Shown here: positions 1-10,395 of the stretch, piece after piece
Layout of the letters: the number at the start of each line of letters is the position of its first letter
Numbering within the stretch: position 1 is the first letter of the stretch
Source of the DNA: an uncultured Methanoregulaceae archaeon
GTDB lineage: Archaea; Halobacteriota; Methanomicrobia; Methanomicrobiales; Methanospirillaceae
Length of the DNA stretch: 64,000 nt
NCBI GenBank assembly: GCA_963705255.1
Contig: OY970061.1
Coordinates: 736,001-800,000 of the forward strand
Direction of reading: 5' to 3'
The notes under the pieces: generated by a model
Database searches by the model: none
What the model saw: only the letters and a program-made list of their open reading frames with translations
What the model was told of the DNA's origin: nothing
Position numbers and translations under genes: made by a program

Positions 1-470
1 AGGGCGGCGATGGAGTCCGTTTCGAGAGTCTTTCCTGCAGGGCGCGTGATGATCAGCGTATCCGAGACGCCTTTTGGCGTGAACTCAGTACCGAGCGCCG
101 CAGCAGCGGCAAAGACCGAGGAGACCCCCGGGACGATCCTGACCGCCAGGCCCCTGCGTTCCAGTTCCGCGATCTGCTCGACGATCGAACCGTACAGGGC
201 AGGGTCGCCGGAGTGGAGCCGCACAACGGTCTTTCCCTGCATCGCCCGCTCCGCCATGAGGGAGACGATGGCATCGAGCTGCATGCCCCAGCTGTCCACC
301 TTTTCCGCTGCCGGGCTTGCAGCGACAAGGGCCGGGTTAACGAGGGAACCCGCGTAGACAAGAAGATCGGCCCTGTCAAGCAGTGTCCTGCCCCGGACCG
401 TGATGAGTTCGGGGTCGCCCGGGCCTGCCCCTACGAACCAGATGACCGGTTTATCGTCATTTCCGGGCAT
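1..470 (-). CDS. cbiF: Cobalt-precorrin-4 C11-methyltransferase (partial, runs off window start)
   Basis: Not in the ORF track. Manual translation from ATG at 470 gives MPGNDDKPVIWFVGAGPGDPELITVRG...VYAGSLV...VRLHSGDPALYG, which are tetrapyrrole methylase/CbiF motifs. Overlaps the cbiL stop. Confidence 0.9.
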   Translation of the reverse strand, partial: MPGNDDKPVIWFVGAGPGDPELITVRGRTLLDRADLLVYAGSLVNPALVAASPAAEKVDSWGMQLDAIVSLMAERAMQGKTVVRLHSGDPALYGSIVEQIAELERRGLAVRIVPGVSSVFAAAAALGTEFTPKGVSDTLIITRPAGKTLETDSIAA

Positions 471-1062
471 ACATCACGCTCATGTAATCGCTTTCCGCCG
501 GGAGTTCCTCGTTCCGGTAGACCTTCATGTCCGGGAAATACATCCGTTCCACGAGCACGAAATCGCGGTAGCCCTCGGCCCGGAGCCCGGCCGCCATCTC
601 CTGCGGCCTGCGCACTTTCAGTACAACCCTCGACCCGCCTTCGGTACCGTCAGAGACGGAGAACCCGGCGTTGACCGGGACCCCGGCAGCAGCGGCAAAC
701 GCCGTGATCGAGCTGATGCCCGGTTCGGTCCTGAAGCCTATACCTGGGTGCTTTTCCGCGATCACGGCGCAGAGGCGCGAGAAGGTGGAGAAGAAGTTCG
801 GGTCCCCGAGGATGCCGAATACGGCGAGGCCCGACGAGGCCACCGGCGCGATCTTCTCCGCATTCTCCTCGAGGCACGTCCGTATCCGCCCTTCATCCTC
901 CGTCATCGGGAACTTGAGGAGGACGACCTCCCGGTACGGGGCTACGAGCTCGGCGGCGATCCTGCCGGGTACGAAGACGGCGTCCGCCTCCTTCAGGAGA
1001 CGCACGGCCCGCAACGTCAGGAGCTCGGGGTTTCCCGGCCCGAGACCGAGGCCTACGAGCAT
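457..1062 (-). CDS. cbiL: Cobalt-precorrin-2 (factor II) C20-methyltransferase
   Basis: GLGLGPGNPELLTLRA, GILGDPNFFSTF, PGISS and C-terminal YMS motifs; lies between cbiT and cbiF. Confidence 0.88.
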   Translation of the reverse strand: MLVGLGLGPGNPELLTLRAVRLLKEADAVFVPGRIAAELVAPYREVVLLKFPMTEDEGRIRTCLEENAEKIAPVASSGLAVFGILGDPNFFSTFSRLCAVIAEKHPGIGFRTEPGISSITAFAAAAGVPVNAGFSVSDGTEGGSRVVLKVRRPQEMAAGLRAEGYRDFVLVERMYFPDMKVYRNEELPAESDYMSVMYARK

Positions 1063-1604
1063 GCAGCACCCCGGGCGATGATCACGTACACGGGATCGAT
1101 GGGCCGGAACATGATGCTGCCTCCAATTCCGTGCGAGCGGGCGACCTGCAGCTGGACAACTTCGGTAAATATTCCCAGTTCCTGCAGTTTCGACACCGCT
1201 TCCGCGAGCGTGCTCACGAGGACGGCGTTGATGACAATCGTCCCCCTCACCTTTTTTGCGAGCAGCGGAAGGACCCCGGCGAGCTGTTTCGTGCCACCGA
1301 CAAATGCACAGTCATACACCGTGTCCCGTGCAAGAAACTCCGTGGCACCGGTGCAGAAAAATTCGATATTTTTTACCCCGGCTCGTTCCGCTGTATCCCG
1401 TGCCGTGGCCACCGCTTCCGGCCGCAGGTCAAGGGAATAAACTTTCCCAGCACGTTGTGCGAGCGCAACCGAGACCTTGCCGGTCCCGCACCCGATCTCG
1501 AGGACTATCTCCCTGCCGCTCAGGCCCAGCTTGAAGAGAGCGACGGCCATGACCTCGTCCTGGGTCGGGCCAGCCGGCAAGCTTCGGTTCGGACATCTTC
1601 TCAA
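1053..1604 (-). CDS. cbiT: Cobalt-precorrin-6B C15-methyltransferase (decarboxylating)
   Basis: GPTQDEVMAV and SAM motif EIGCGTGKVS. The true start is probably the ATG near 1596 (MSEPKLAG), with a 1-nt insertion just downstream. Confidence 0.88.
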   Translation of the reverse strand: MRRCPNRSLPAGPTQDEVMAVALFKLGLSGREIVLEIGCGTGKVSVALAQRAGKVYSLDLRPEAVATARDTAERAGVKNIEFFCTGATEFLARDTVYDCAFVGGTKQLAGVLPLLAKKVRGTIVINAVLVSTLAEAVSKLQELGIFTEVVQLQVARSHGIGGSIMFRPIDPVYVIIARGAACS

Positions 1605-2161
1605 ATTTTGTTGCGTTAAGGTATTAATGCTTGTTTTACAGGAGCATTCTCTTTATCTCTTTTAATTCGTGATTTGCCGCAATACCAAAAAAATAATTGA
1701 TATCAGGAGTGTTACATCCCTGAATTTTTTAGTCTAGACTGGATAACCTAAAGATCCGAGAAGGTTTGATGCTAAAATACTCATTTCAAACAGTGAAATG
1801 ATAACAAAAATTATCGCAAGATAAAAAGTATCATTGCAAGATTATTAAAAACATCTGTGGCAAAATAACTGAAAAATTGAGCACCAATCCCCATAAAAGG
1901 GCCATGTATTGAAAAAAGAGGATATATCAATCGATTTAAATGTTTTAAAAAGATCGTTATACTTTCTTAAAATAGATTGAAGGATAATTCCTGCAAATCA
2001 TTACGTCGTGAAAATTCGTATTTCCTCAAATTTTTTCCACAAAGTCCCGTCAATCTAATAGAACCCTGGAATGATACTCTACCCATAAAAAAGTCTGGAT
2101 TCACCTCGCTTCCAAATATCTGTTAACTTAGCTAAGGGGTCTGGATGGCAGTCCTTTTACA

Positions 2162-2458
2162 TTAAATTTTGTAAGGTGAGTCCGTTTTACGTCCTTCTGA
2201 AGTGATATGGAACTCATTATAGTCATCTTTGAGGTTTTTCGGTGTAAAAATGATATCATTATTAGTACACACGATAAGTTTATCCCCTTCATAGGTAATC
2301 AGACATCCGAGAATCGTTTCCGGAGGACAGGTACCCGATAACCTCTGGAGGTCTTGTCTTGTCATTTTATTTGCGGGATTGCCACCTACTTGCCTATATA
2401 TTAAATGAAATACTTTGTTCAGATTTTCAACTGATAGCCCTGATGCTCCTGGAGTCAT
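2162..2458 (-). CDS. Small hypothetical protein (possible winged-helix) in AT-rich insert
   Basis: 98-aa ORF preceded by GGAG; no recognised family. Confidence 0.45.
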   Translation of the reverse strand: MTPGASGLSVENLNKVFHLIYRQVGGNPANKMTRQDLQRLSGTCPPETILGCLITYEGDKLIVCTNNDIIFTPKNLKDDYNEFHITSEGRKTDSPYKI

Positions 2459-2600
2459 GCATAGTTCTACTCCGTTTTTATTATAAAAATGTTTTTAATA
2501 ATTGTTCTGTTAACCTGTCAGGAGGCTAGAAAATTTTTGACATATTGAAAGAATCAATTACCCAATCTCAGACGCGATAGCATCGCCATTTCCTTTCTTT

Positions 2601-3806
2601 CTATTTATCAGCGAAATCACTCATTTTTATATCATTCATCTGCATCCATTGTGATATTGAGGATTCATCGGGGATTATTTTTCGTATATCTACGTCTGCA
2701 GCAGCAGATTGGAGGTCTTTTAAAATTTTTTCTTTCACACTAGATGGTGATTTTTGTTGTTTTTTGAACCCTTCATCATCATTATTAATCGCGCAAACAG
2801 CACGATTGAATTCATATATCAGACCACCTCTTTCCTTCCATGGACCCCGAATTTCGATTGCTTGGGTAAGCTGAGTTTCGGCTTCTTTCCATTGCGGTAC
2901 TCGTGAATCTTTTAATGCAAAACCTAATTGTCCACGAGTGGTATGATAAGCGTTTTTCGTATCGGCTGCAATAAGTGCACGGAAAATGGGGATTGTCCGC
3001 TCCATGGCAGGTTTATCATCATCATCCCGCCAGTTATCCCTTCGTGTCTTTTGAGCCTTGTAGTAAATCGTCTCCCTTATTGAATTAGACGCTTCAGAGA
3101 TAGCCTCTATAAGCTCATTAAGTTCAACATCCTTAAGTCCAGGTGGTGGATTGAGAACGCGATCTACTAAATGCAATGCATCAGTATCTTTCTTACTTTG
3201 ATCTTCTTTTTTGCTCAAATCTTCCACCTGCTTCTCAATCTTTTGTCGTGAAGCTTCCGATTGTTCCAGCTCACCCGCAAAATAGACCCGCGTCCACAGG
3301 TAACCGATGAGAAAACCATCGACAGAAAAGAAAATAAAAATTGCAATTATAAACGCACTACTACCTGAAAATCCACCCAACGCCGGTGCGATCCCTGTTG
3401 CATATTTTTCAAGTGTTGAGGGAATATTTGTTAGTTGAGTCAGGCCAACACCTACAAGGATTTTGGTCAACCAATCGGAGATTTGTTCCAGATTTGTGTT
3501 ATCTTGGAACCGAACAATACCCTGTGAATCTTTAGTATTATCTGAGCCAGACGCCGAACGCGATTCTTGGAGTGCCCGGGGGATCCCAAACAGGAACCCG
3601 AGCAATCCCCCACACATGAAAATACCGCCGGCTAAGAGCCATCCTGCGCCAATAACCGATAAGCCTTGGTTGATCGATGAAGACTGAAATGCGAAAAGTA
3701 TGATAATCAATAGACCGATGAAGAAAAAAGATACGAGACCACGGATGGCCCAATGAGTTCTACTCATTTCTTTTGGGGGGTTTACCCCCTCTTTCTGAGG
3801 AGTCAT
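2601..3806 (-). CDS. Hypothetical membrane protein: N-terminal 3-4 TM domain plus helical, TPR-like C-terminus
   Basis: 401-aa ORF in AT-rich DNA; GGLLGFLFGIPR and NTNLEQISDWLTKILVGVGL segments, a coiled coil, then helical repeats. Confidence 0.8.
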   Translation of the reverse strand: MTPQKEGVNPPKEMSRTHWAIRGLVSFFFIGLLIIILFAFQSSSINQGLSVIGAGWLLAGGIFMCGGLLGFLFGIPRALQESRSASGSDNTKDSQGIVRFQDNTNLEQISDWLTKILVGVGLTQLTNIPSTLEKYATGIAPALGGFSGSSAFIIAIFIFFSVDGFLIGYLWTRVYFAGELEQSEASRQKIEKQVEDLSKKEDQSKKDTDALHLVDRVLNPPPGLKDVELNELIEAISEASNSIRETIYYKAQKTRRDNWRDDDDKPAMERTIPIFRALIAADTKNAYHTTRGQLGFALKDSRVPQWKEAETQLTQAIEIRGPWKERGGLIYEFNRAVCAINNDDEGFKKQQKSPSSVKEKILKDLQSAAADVDIRKIIPDESSISQWMQMNDIKMSDFADK

Positions 3807-4288
3807 ATTATATCAAATACCGAATAAGATCATTCAATATATATTATTTTTGATAAGTATGTAAAAATTTTTTTCACCAACTCAAATATTCTTCACTATC
3901 GCTCTCCAGTTTGTTTTCAACGTAATATTTTTCCTGACCTTGTTTTTAACAAAAATATTTCACGCTCACTTAGAACTATAGTTTATCTCCACAATCAGGA
4001 GCATCGTGATACGTGGAAAATGCTTGGCAGCGGGCAGCGTACCGGCCCATATATCATACGGTTCGAATTCGTCTGACTTCTCTAACGATTGACCATAACC
4101 TGATTATGCTTCCCTGTGGTGCATTGAGAAAAATCCGGAATCTGATAGGGTGAAGGATCCGGAGATTCTCGATACATTGCCTGTACCCTGCCGCAGTCCG
4201 GGAAGTGTACCTCCCGTGGCAGATGATGCCGAAAAAACGGAGTGGACTGGAGAGATGATGAAAAACAGAGACGATATAAAAAAATTTC

Positions 4289-5914
4289 CTATCCTGCGCT
4301 GGTCCGGACAAATGTCGCGTTCCGGTTGTACCCCTGCTCGAGGAAGAGCGTGGTGGTCAGCTGGCGGACGGTGCCATCCGGACCAGTCCCGAACACGACC
4401 CTGCCATCGTAATCCGGTCCCCACTGGGGGCAGCTCGCGGCGAAGGTGTTCCCGTCCCAGGGCGACAGGAAGAGGGTCTGCGGGTTCTTCCCGAATGTCA
4501 GGGTCAGGTTCCCGTCCTTTTCTGCAACTGTCGCCTTGCCGTAAAGGTCATCCGTGTACGACCCGGTATATCGTGTAAGGGGGAGCGGCGGGGCCGCGTC
4601 CGCCGGGCGGACGGGCTTCGGGGCAAGGAGTGCAGCATTGGTCTCCTGGAACTGTTTCAGGGACAGGGCAGTGATATCCGTAGTATCGATGCCGAAATAC
4701 TGCTGGTAAAACGAGAGCGCAAGGGCATCGGGAAGGCTCGGCCCGGCCTCGTTTGCCAGAACCACGATGCCCATGTTCTCGCTCGGGACGAACAGGATCA
4801 TCGCATGGTTGCCGAGGGTCTCGCCGTTGTGCCAGTAAAAGGGCGGCGACCCGTTCATCTCCTCGTAGAACCAGCCCTGGCAGTAATACATCTTCGGAAA
4901 GGTCATCACGTTCGCGGCGGGGGTCCTCGGGGTGTGCATGTAGGCCATGTTCTCCGGGCTGATGATCTCTCTCCCTTCAAAGGTCCCGTTGCCCAGCTGG
5001 AAGATCGTCCAGGTCGCCATATCCTTCACATCGGCATTGATGCCGCCGGCCGGTCCGAATTCATAGGCAAAATTGTTCAGCTCCCAGCCGGGATCCGTGA
5101 CGATCGGCCCGGTCGTGTTGCCAGGCAGGACGCCGACCGTGTGGAGAGATACGTGGTCGGGCGAGGACCGGAATGCCGCGTAACTCGTGGAAGCGCTGGT
5201 CATATCCAGCGGCGTAAAGATGCGGGACTGCAGGTCCTCCTCCCAGCTCTTCCCGCTGGTGTTCTCGATCGCCGCTCCCGTCACCACAAAGGGTACGTTC
5301 TGGTACATGAACTGGCTCCGGAAGCTGGATACCGGCACAGCATAGCGGAGGGCATGGATCATCTCGCTCCGGTTGTACCCGACCGTGGCGAGGTCCATCC
5401 CCCAGTGGTCGGCAAGGCCGCTCCTCTGTGCGAGGGAATCGGTGATGGTGAACTCTTGTGTCACCCACGGGTCGTCCATCCGGAAATCCGGGACGTACCG
5501 GACCACCGGATCGTTCCAGTTCATCCTCCCGCTGTCCACTTCCATCGCGGCGAGGGCGGCCGTGAATGCTTTCGACGTGGAACCGATCTGGAAGACCGTG
5601 TCCGGTGTGACGGGGTCGGTTCCCCCGGCGGTCTTCACGCCGTACCCTTTTGCAAAGATAATTTTGCCGCCTTTCACGATCGCGACAGCCATACCCGGGA
5701 CGTTCCATTCCTGCCTCGCGTTCTCCGCGTACGTGTCGAAGTGTGCGATCGTAGTATTGAGTTCCGCAGCGGTCGGCGAACGGGGTGCCTGTTGTGCCGG
5801 AGGAGGAGACGCTGATATACCTGTCCCGGGAGCCGGGGCTGTCGTGCATCCGGCAAAGCATATTCCGACAGCAAGGATTATGCCGAGGATAACGATGAGA
5901 AGAGATCTCTTCAT
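4289..5914 (-). CDS. Lipoprotein serine hydrolase, beta-lactamase class C/PBP fold with DUF3471-like C-terminus
   Basis: Lipobox FAGC; SxxK (GSTSK), YxN (YQN) and HxG (WHNG) motifs; YTGSY...YG C-terminal domain. Confidence 0.9.
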   Translation of the reverse strand: MKRSLLIVILGIILAVGICFAGCTTAPAPGTGISASPPPAQQAPRSPTAAELNTTIAHFDTYAENARQEWNVPGMAVAIVKGGKIIFAKGYGVKTAGGTDPVTPDTVFQIGSTSKAFTAALAAMEVDSGRMNWNDPVVRYVPDFRMDDPWVTQEFTITDSLAQRSGLADHWGMDLATVGYNRSEMIHALRYAVPVSSFRSQFMYQNVPFVVTGAAIENTSGKSWEEDLQSRIFTPLDMTSASTSYAAFRSSPDHVSLHTVGVLPGNTTGPIVTDPGWELNNFAYEFGPAGGINADVKDMATWTIFQLGNGTFEGREIISPENMAYMHTPRTPAANVMTFPKMYYCQGWFYEEMNGSPPFYWHNGETLGNHAMILFVPSENMGIVVLANEAGPSLPDALALSFYQQYFGIDTTDITALSLKQFQETNAALLAPKPVRPADAAPPLPLTRYTGSYTDDLYGKATVAEKDGNLTLTFGKNPQTLFLSPWDGNTFAASCPQWGPDYDGRVVFGTGPDGTVRQLTTTLFLEQGYNRNATFVRTSAG

Positions 5915-6236
5915 ACCCTTTTAAACGGTGTTTTTTATCCTAAACGTTTCGAATCGTAACGGGAATCCCCACCATCTCTTTGGATACAATAGGCGATGTC
6001 CGGACCGGACCGGCTGTCGGCCCTGCGGACTGCGGATATCACGATCCATTGCATAAAATCCATCGGTGTGTTCAGATGCGAACGGAACTGCAGAAAACCA
6101 GGGCACCCGGATGGAATTTGCGCAGGAAGGCAACAGTATGCTGAACTCCATCGAAAGCAGCTGCCCTGATGGGGGTTTTCCCATGGAAATATTCTACCCG
6201 ACAGGGCAAATTAATTATAAATAGCATCGTGCAGTA

Positions 6237-6461
6237 ATGCATGAAGCAATGAAGACTATCACCCTCCGCGATGAAACGTATCACTCGCTGCTCGTCCTCA
6301 AGGAAGGCGATGACAGTTTTTCCGATGTCATCGACCGCCTCATCAGCAGGAAGAACCGCGACATCCGGGAGTATGCCGGGGCGCTCCGTGACTCAAACGT
6401 ACTGGATGAACTGCATGCGTTCACAAAAAAGATGCGCAGTTCCGGCAGGGCGAGAATGTGA
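6237..6461 (+). CDS. vapB: Archaeal VapB-type antitoxin (DUF217-like)
   Basis: MKTITLRDETY...LK...SFSDVI.RL pattern; 4-nt overlap with the PIN toxin gene. Start may be 6249. Confidence 0.85.
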   Translation: MHEAMKTITLRDETYHSLLVLKEGDDSFSDVIDRLISRKNRDIREYAGALRDSNVLDELHAFTKKMRSSGRARM

Positions 6462-6865
6462 TCATCCTCGACACCTCGTTTCTGATCGATTACTTCCGGG
6501 ACGAGAATCTTTCCCGTTTTATCCCTCAGGGTGAGAAGGCTTCGGTGACGGTGATATCCTACTACGAGATCATGGCAGGTATCCAGCGGATGAAATCCCC
6601 CAGAGAGGAGAAGTTTTTCCGGCACTTTTTTTCCGAGGTGGAGATTCTGGATTTTGATCTTACGGCTGCAGAGATTGCCAGTGGCATCGGTGCCCGGATG
6701 GCAAGAGCGGGGAACAGGGTGAACGCATTCGATATCCTGATCACCGGCATAGCGCTCGCACATCATGCGGGAGCCATCGTCACCGCAGATACGGACTTTC
6801 ATGAGATTGCGAAGTATGCGGGGATCGAAATACGGAATTATAACCGGGCAACCATGAACAAATAA
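6458..6865 (+). CDS. vapC: PIN-domain ribonuclease toxin VapC
   Basis: IILDTSFLID, ISYYE, FDILI and VTADTDF PIN acidic motifs. Confidence 0.92.
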   Translation: MIILDTSFLIDYFRDENLSRFIPQGEKASVTVISYYEIMAGIQRMKSPREEKFFRHFFSEVEILDFDLTAAEIASGIGARMARAGNRVNAFDILITGIALAHHAGAIVTADTDFHEIAKYAGIEIRNYNRATMNK

Positions 6866-7173
6866 TTCCCCATCATCTACTCAACAACACTGCAGTCAGC
6901 AGTACGACCCCTCCACCCGATCCCCCGCGTCGCTGCGAACTCCCTGCGTGAGCGTACCCGATTGCCGGCAGCGAAAAATATCATATAACCGTGCGGGTAT
7001 ATTCTCAATCAGAATAAATCAGAGCAATATTTAACTGATCATATCTTATCTTTTCTCAACACAATGTTGCCATATCTCTTCACCAATTTCATGAGCCGCA
7101 CGCAGCCGGTTGAGCGCGAGCGGCAGACGGGTGTGAGACTGACCTGGATACCGGAAGATGGCGGGGCGGGATC

Positions 7174-7587
7174 ATGAGCCGGGGACCGCCGCCCGAAAAA
7201 GCGATCCGTCTCGCATTGCCGATCGCCAAAGCCCGGGGATTCATCACCTTCTGCCGGAGGGAACGCGGCAGCATCTGCGACTTCATCATCCTCTGCCCCG
7301 GTCTGACCGCGGTCGTGCGCCTGGGGCGGACGAAGAGGCTTCACGGCTCGCTTGCCGACATGGAGTTCCAGTTTGCCGGGGCTGCTGCCGGCCTCCGGAC
7401 GGTTCCACCCGACCCCGCCCGCTCCTGCGAGATCTGGGCCTGCGATTATTATGACAATATCCGGTTCTTCCGCGTCGAACGTACCGGCCTCACCGAGATG
7501 GGTATCAACGGGAAGCCTCTCGACGGTACAGGGGCCACGGAAGTAGCCCCTCCGAAAGTTCCCGTCGGAGGTGTGGGATCTGCCTGA
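7174..7587 (+). CDS. Hypothetical protein, possible degenerate PD-(D/E)XK/Hjc-like fold
   Basis: 137-aa ORF with helix-GF-strand-D-hydrophobic-strand pattern; the fold assignment is inference. Confidence 0.6.
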   Translation: MSRGPPPEKAIRLALPIAKARGFITFCRRERGSICDFIILCPGLTAVVRLGRTKRLHGSLADMEFQFAGAAAGLRTVPPDPARSCEIWACDYYDNIRFFRVERTGLTEMGINGKPLDGTGATEVAPPKVPVGGVGSA

Positions 7588-7998
7588 CCTCTCCGTCGGA
7601 GAAAACCCCATTTTTGGGATGGTCGGAAATAAGCCCGCAAAATGCCCCGTTTCCCTGTTTCATATGTTAAAATAAGACAGTTATGCGAAAATGCAGGAGT
7701 GTTTCAATGATTTTGAGGTAACAGGGACCCAGATTTACGTCGTTAAATGGCCCTTTCCAAGATGGGAGAATATGGGAGAGTTGGGGCGGTGGAAAAACGG
7801 AGAAACGGGTTTCAGGTCGTCCCGCCCCCGGAGGGGGTTCCCGTAGATCACCCCATAAAACGATGCGAAGTGCCGGCAACTAATATTTTTTTAATTCATT
7901 TGATTAAAAAAAATTTGAAATTACAGATTCAATTTCTTGCAAAGGAAGTGCCCGAAAGCAAATCTATTAAAAAAATTGTCGCTCGTATTTGCGGGCTA

Positions 7999-8487
7999 TT
8001 ATCCTTCTTCACCCTCCGCCACTTCCTCCGCCACCAGCTCCCCCAGCTCGTCTTCCGTGCACCAGACCTCGACCGAGGCATCGACCCCGGCGTACTCCTG
8101 CTGGTACTCCCCGACCGTGGAGCCGGGCGACATGATGAGGTTGGTGATCAGCTTTCCCTCCCGGAAGCCGTAGAGCCTGCGGTGCGGCCACGACGGGCCG
8201 AGCACTGCTGTCCGCTCGTAATAGACGTCCTGCGCCAGCTGGTGGGTGAACCAGATCCCGTTCTCCCACTCAAAGAGCGCCTCCCGCATGTAGCGGCGGA
8301 TGTACCAGCGCAGCTCGGAGACGAGCGAGAGGGCGCTCCCGAGCGTTGCGCAGGAGATGGAGACCCCGCAGGGCTTCTTCCTCGGCCGGTAAAACCGGAG
8401 GATCATCCGGCTCGTCTCGGATGCAAAAAGGGTATGGTGGAGGTCGATGCCGTCCCGCTGGATCAAGAGGATGTTCATCCATGTCAC
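7999..8487 (-). CDS. Conserved methanogen hypothetical protein (DUF5804-like)
   Basis: DL..TL..SETSR..LRFY and SLVSELRWYIRRY motifs; directly downstream of pan. Confidence 0.7.
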   Translation of the reverse strand: MTWMNILLIQRDGIDLHHTLFASETSRMILRFYRPRKKPCGVSISCATLGSALSLVSELRWYIRRYMREALFEWENGIWFTHQLAQDVYYERTAVLGPSWPHRRLYGFREGKLITNLIMSPGSTVGEYQQEYAGVDASVEVWCTEDELGELVAEEVAEGEEG

Positions 8488-8521
8488 CCTGAAACGGGAT
8501 ACCTGGCCTGCGCCGGGGCGA

Positions 8522-9682
8522 TCAGGTATACATGCGGTTGTCGGTCACGGCCTCGTTCTTCACCTTGTGGACCGCCTCGGTGAAATCCTTCATCCCGACC
8601 AGTTCGGCTTCCCTGCGCACGGCCATCATGCCGGCCTCGCGGCAGACCGCTTCCAGCTCGGCACCGGTGGCGTTCTCGGTCATGAACGCGATCTCTTCCA
8701 TGTCGACGACGTCGAGGTGCATCTTCCGGGAATGGATCTTCAGGATCTGGAGCCGGGCGTCACGGTCCGGCAACGGGATCTCGATCAGGCGGTCGAACCG
8801 CCCGGGCCGCAGGAGTGCCGGGTCGAGCATGTCGGCGCGGTTCGTGGCCGCCATGATCCGCACGTCCCCCCGGGTGTCGAACCCGTCCATCTCGGCGAGG
8901 AGCTGCATCAGCGTCCGCTGGACCTCGGCGCTGCCGGAAGTCCCGTCATTGGTCCGCATGCTGCCCACCGCATCGATCTCGTCGATGAAGACGATGGCAG
9001 GGGCGCGTTCCCGCGCGAGCTGGAAGAGTTCGCGGACAAGGCCGGCACCCTCGCCGATGAACTTGTGGACGAGCTCGCTGCCCGACATCCGGATGAAGGT
9101 GGCCTTTGCCTCGTGCGCCACGGCTTTTGCGATCAGGGTCTTGCCGGTCCCCGGGGCCCCGTAGAGCAGGATGCCCTTCGGGGGTTCGACCCCCACGCGC
9201 CGGAATATCTCCGGTTTCGTCAGCGGGTATTCCACCGCCTCCCGCACTTCCTTGATCTCGTTGGCGAGCCCGCCGATCTGGGCGTAGCTGATCCCGGGCG
9301 ACTCCTCGAGTTCCATCACCCGGACCCGCGAGTCGTAGATATTGCCGATCACTTTCACGATCGAGAGCGCATTATTGACCGCGACCTTGGCGCCGGGCTT
9401 TAAGAGCGGGCGGATCTCTTCGGGGGCATTGGTCAGGTATTCCTGGTTGTTCCCCTGCTGGCGGAGGTAGATCTCGCCGTTCTCCAGGATGTCCACGACA
9501 ACGGCGACGAAGAGCGGCATGCGCTTGAGCTGGTTGTTCTCGCGCTTGAGCTGGCCGTTCTCTTTCTGGAGCTCGTCGGCCTTCACCTTCAGGTCGAGGA
9601 GTGCTGCCTCGAGCTCGTTGACCTGGATCTGGTACTTGAGCTCGTGTGAGGGGGCGGTAGTATTGACGGCAGTCTCTTCCAT
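8522..9682 (-). CDS. pan: Proteasome-activating nucleotidase (short paralog)
   Basis: Coiled coil and OB N-domain, Walker A GAPGTGKT, pore loop KFIGEG, Walker B FIDEID, RPGRFDR, C-terminal HbYX (MYT). Confidence 0.95.
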   Translation of the reverse strand: MEETAVNTTAPSHELKYQIQVNELEAALLDLKVKADELQKENGQLKRENNQLKRMPLFVAVVVDILENGEIYLRQQGNNQEYLTNAPEEIRPLLKPGAKVAVNNALSIVKVIGNIYDSRVRVMELEESPGISYAQIGGLANEIKEVREAVEYPLTKPEIFRRVGVEPPKGILLYGAPGTGKTLIAKAVAHEAKATFIRMSGSELVHKFIGEGAGLVRELFQLARERAPAIVFIDEIDAVGSMRTNDGTSGSAEVQRTLMQLLAEMDGFDTRGDVRIMAATNRADMLDPALLRPGRFDRLIEIPLPDRDARLQILKIHSRKMHLDVVDMEEIAFMTENATGAELEAVCREAGMMAVRREAELVGMKDFTEAVHKVKNEAVTDNRMYT

Positions 9683-9726
9683 ACTACTCTTATATGTTCA
9701 TCTTCAACCATTTATGTGGTGTTATT

Positions 9727-10140
9727 TTGCACATCAGCGGAAGAGGGATATCACGGGGGAGAGGCAGCGGGCCGCTCCTCGTCAGTCCGGCGCCGATCTC
9801 GTTCCTGTCGGGAGTAGACCCGGAGACGGGAGTCATTGTCGAGAAAGGGCACCCGCTCCGGGGTACCGGCATCGCCGGCCGCGTCCTCGCGTTCCCGTAC
9901 GGCAAGGGTTCGACGGTCGGCTCCTATGTCCTCTATGCCCTGAGCCGGAACGGGCATGCCCCGGCTGCCATCGTCAACACGGAGGCAGAAGCGATCATCG
10001 CCACCGGCGCCATCATCGGCAGGATCCCCATGATCGACCGGATCGGGGTCCCGCTCACCCGGCTGAAAACCGGGACACCGGTCACGGTCGACGGCGACCG
10101 TGGCGGGCTGGACTACGACGGCCCGCTGAATGACGAATGA
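9727..10140 (+). CDS. DUF126/aconitase X swivel-domain protein (phosphomevalonate dehydratase small subunit-like)
   Basis: ISFLSGVDPETG...HPL.G...GKGSTVGSYVLY motif; probable TTG start at 9727. Confidence 0.85.
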   Translation: MHISGRGISRGRGSGPLLVSPAPISFLSGVDPETGVIVEKGHPLRGTGIAGRVLAFPYGKGSTVGSYVLYALSRNGHAPAAIVNTEAEAIIATGAIIGRIPMIDRIGVPLTRLKTGTPVTVDGDRGGLDYDGPLNDE

Positions 10141-10395
10141 TACATGCCCCCTTGCGGGTTCCGGTAACCGGGTGAGGTATCATGAAACGTGGTACCTGCA
10201 GGGGGGTAAGAAAGATCCGAAGAATCTCTCCGGTAATTTGCGGCAATCAGGGCACTCCAGCCTATGGCGTCCCTGTTCCTCTTCAGTATTTTTACTCTCA
10301 GGAGATGGGGATACCGGTACCGGGATCATTGTCGTTTCAGGAATGCAATCCTCACCTGTACCTTTGAGAAACGTATCATAATCCTGATAAAAATG

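Noticed and set aside
400-1440. Long antisense or shadow ORFs (also 8447-9403, 16400-17545, 19721-21292, 21565-22962, 58656-59906, etc.)
   Set aside because: They overlap motif-bearing genes on the opposite strand, which is expected from GC-rich codon usage.
1605-1760. Cobalamin riboswitch upstream of cbiT
   Set aside because: The region is AT-rich with no B12-box or conserved core visible.
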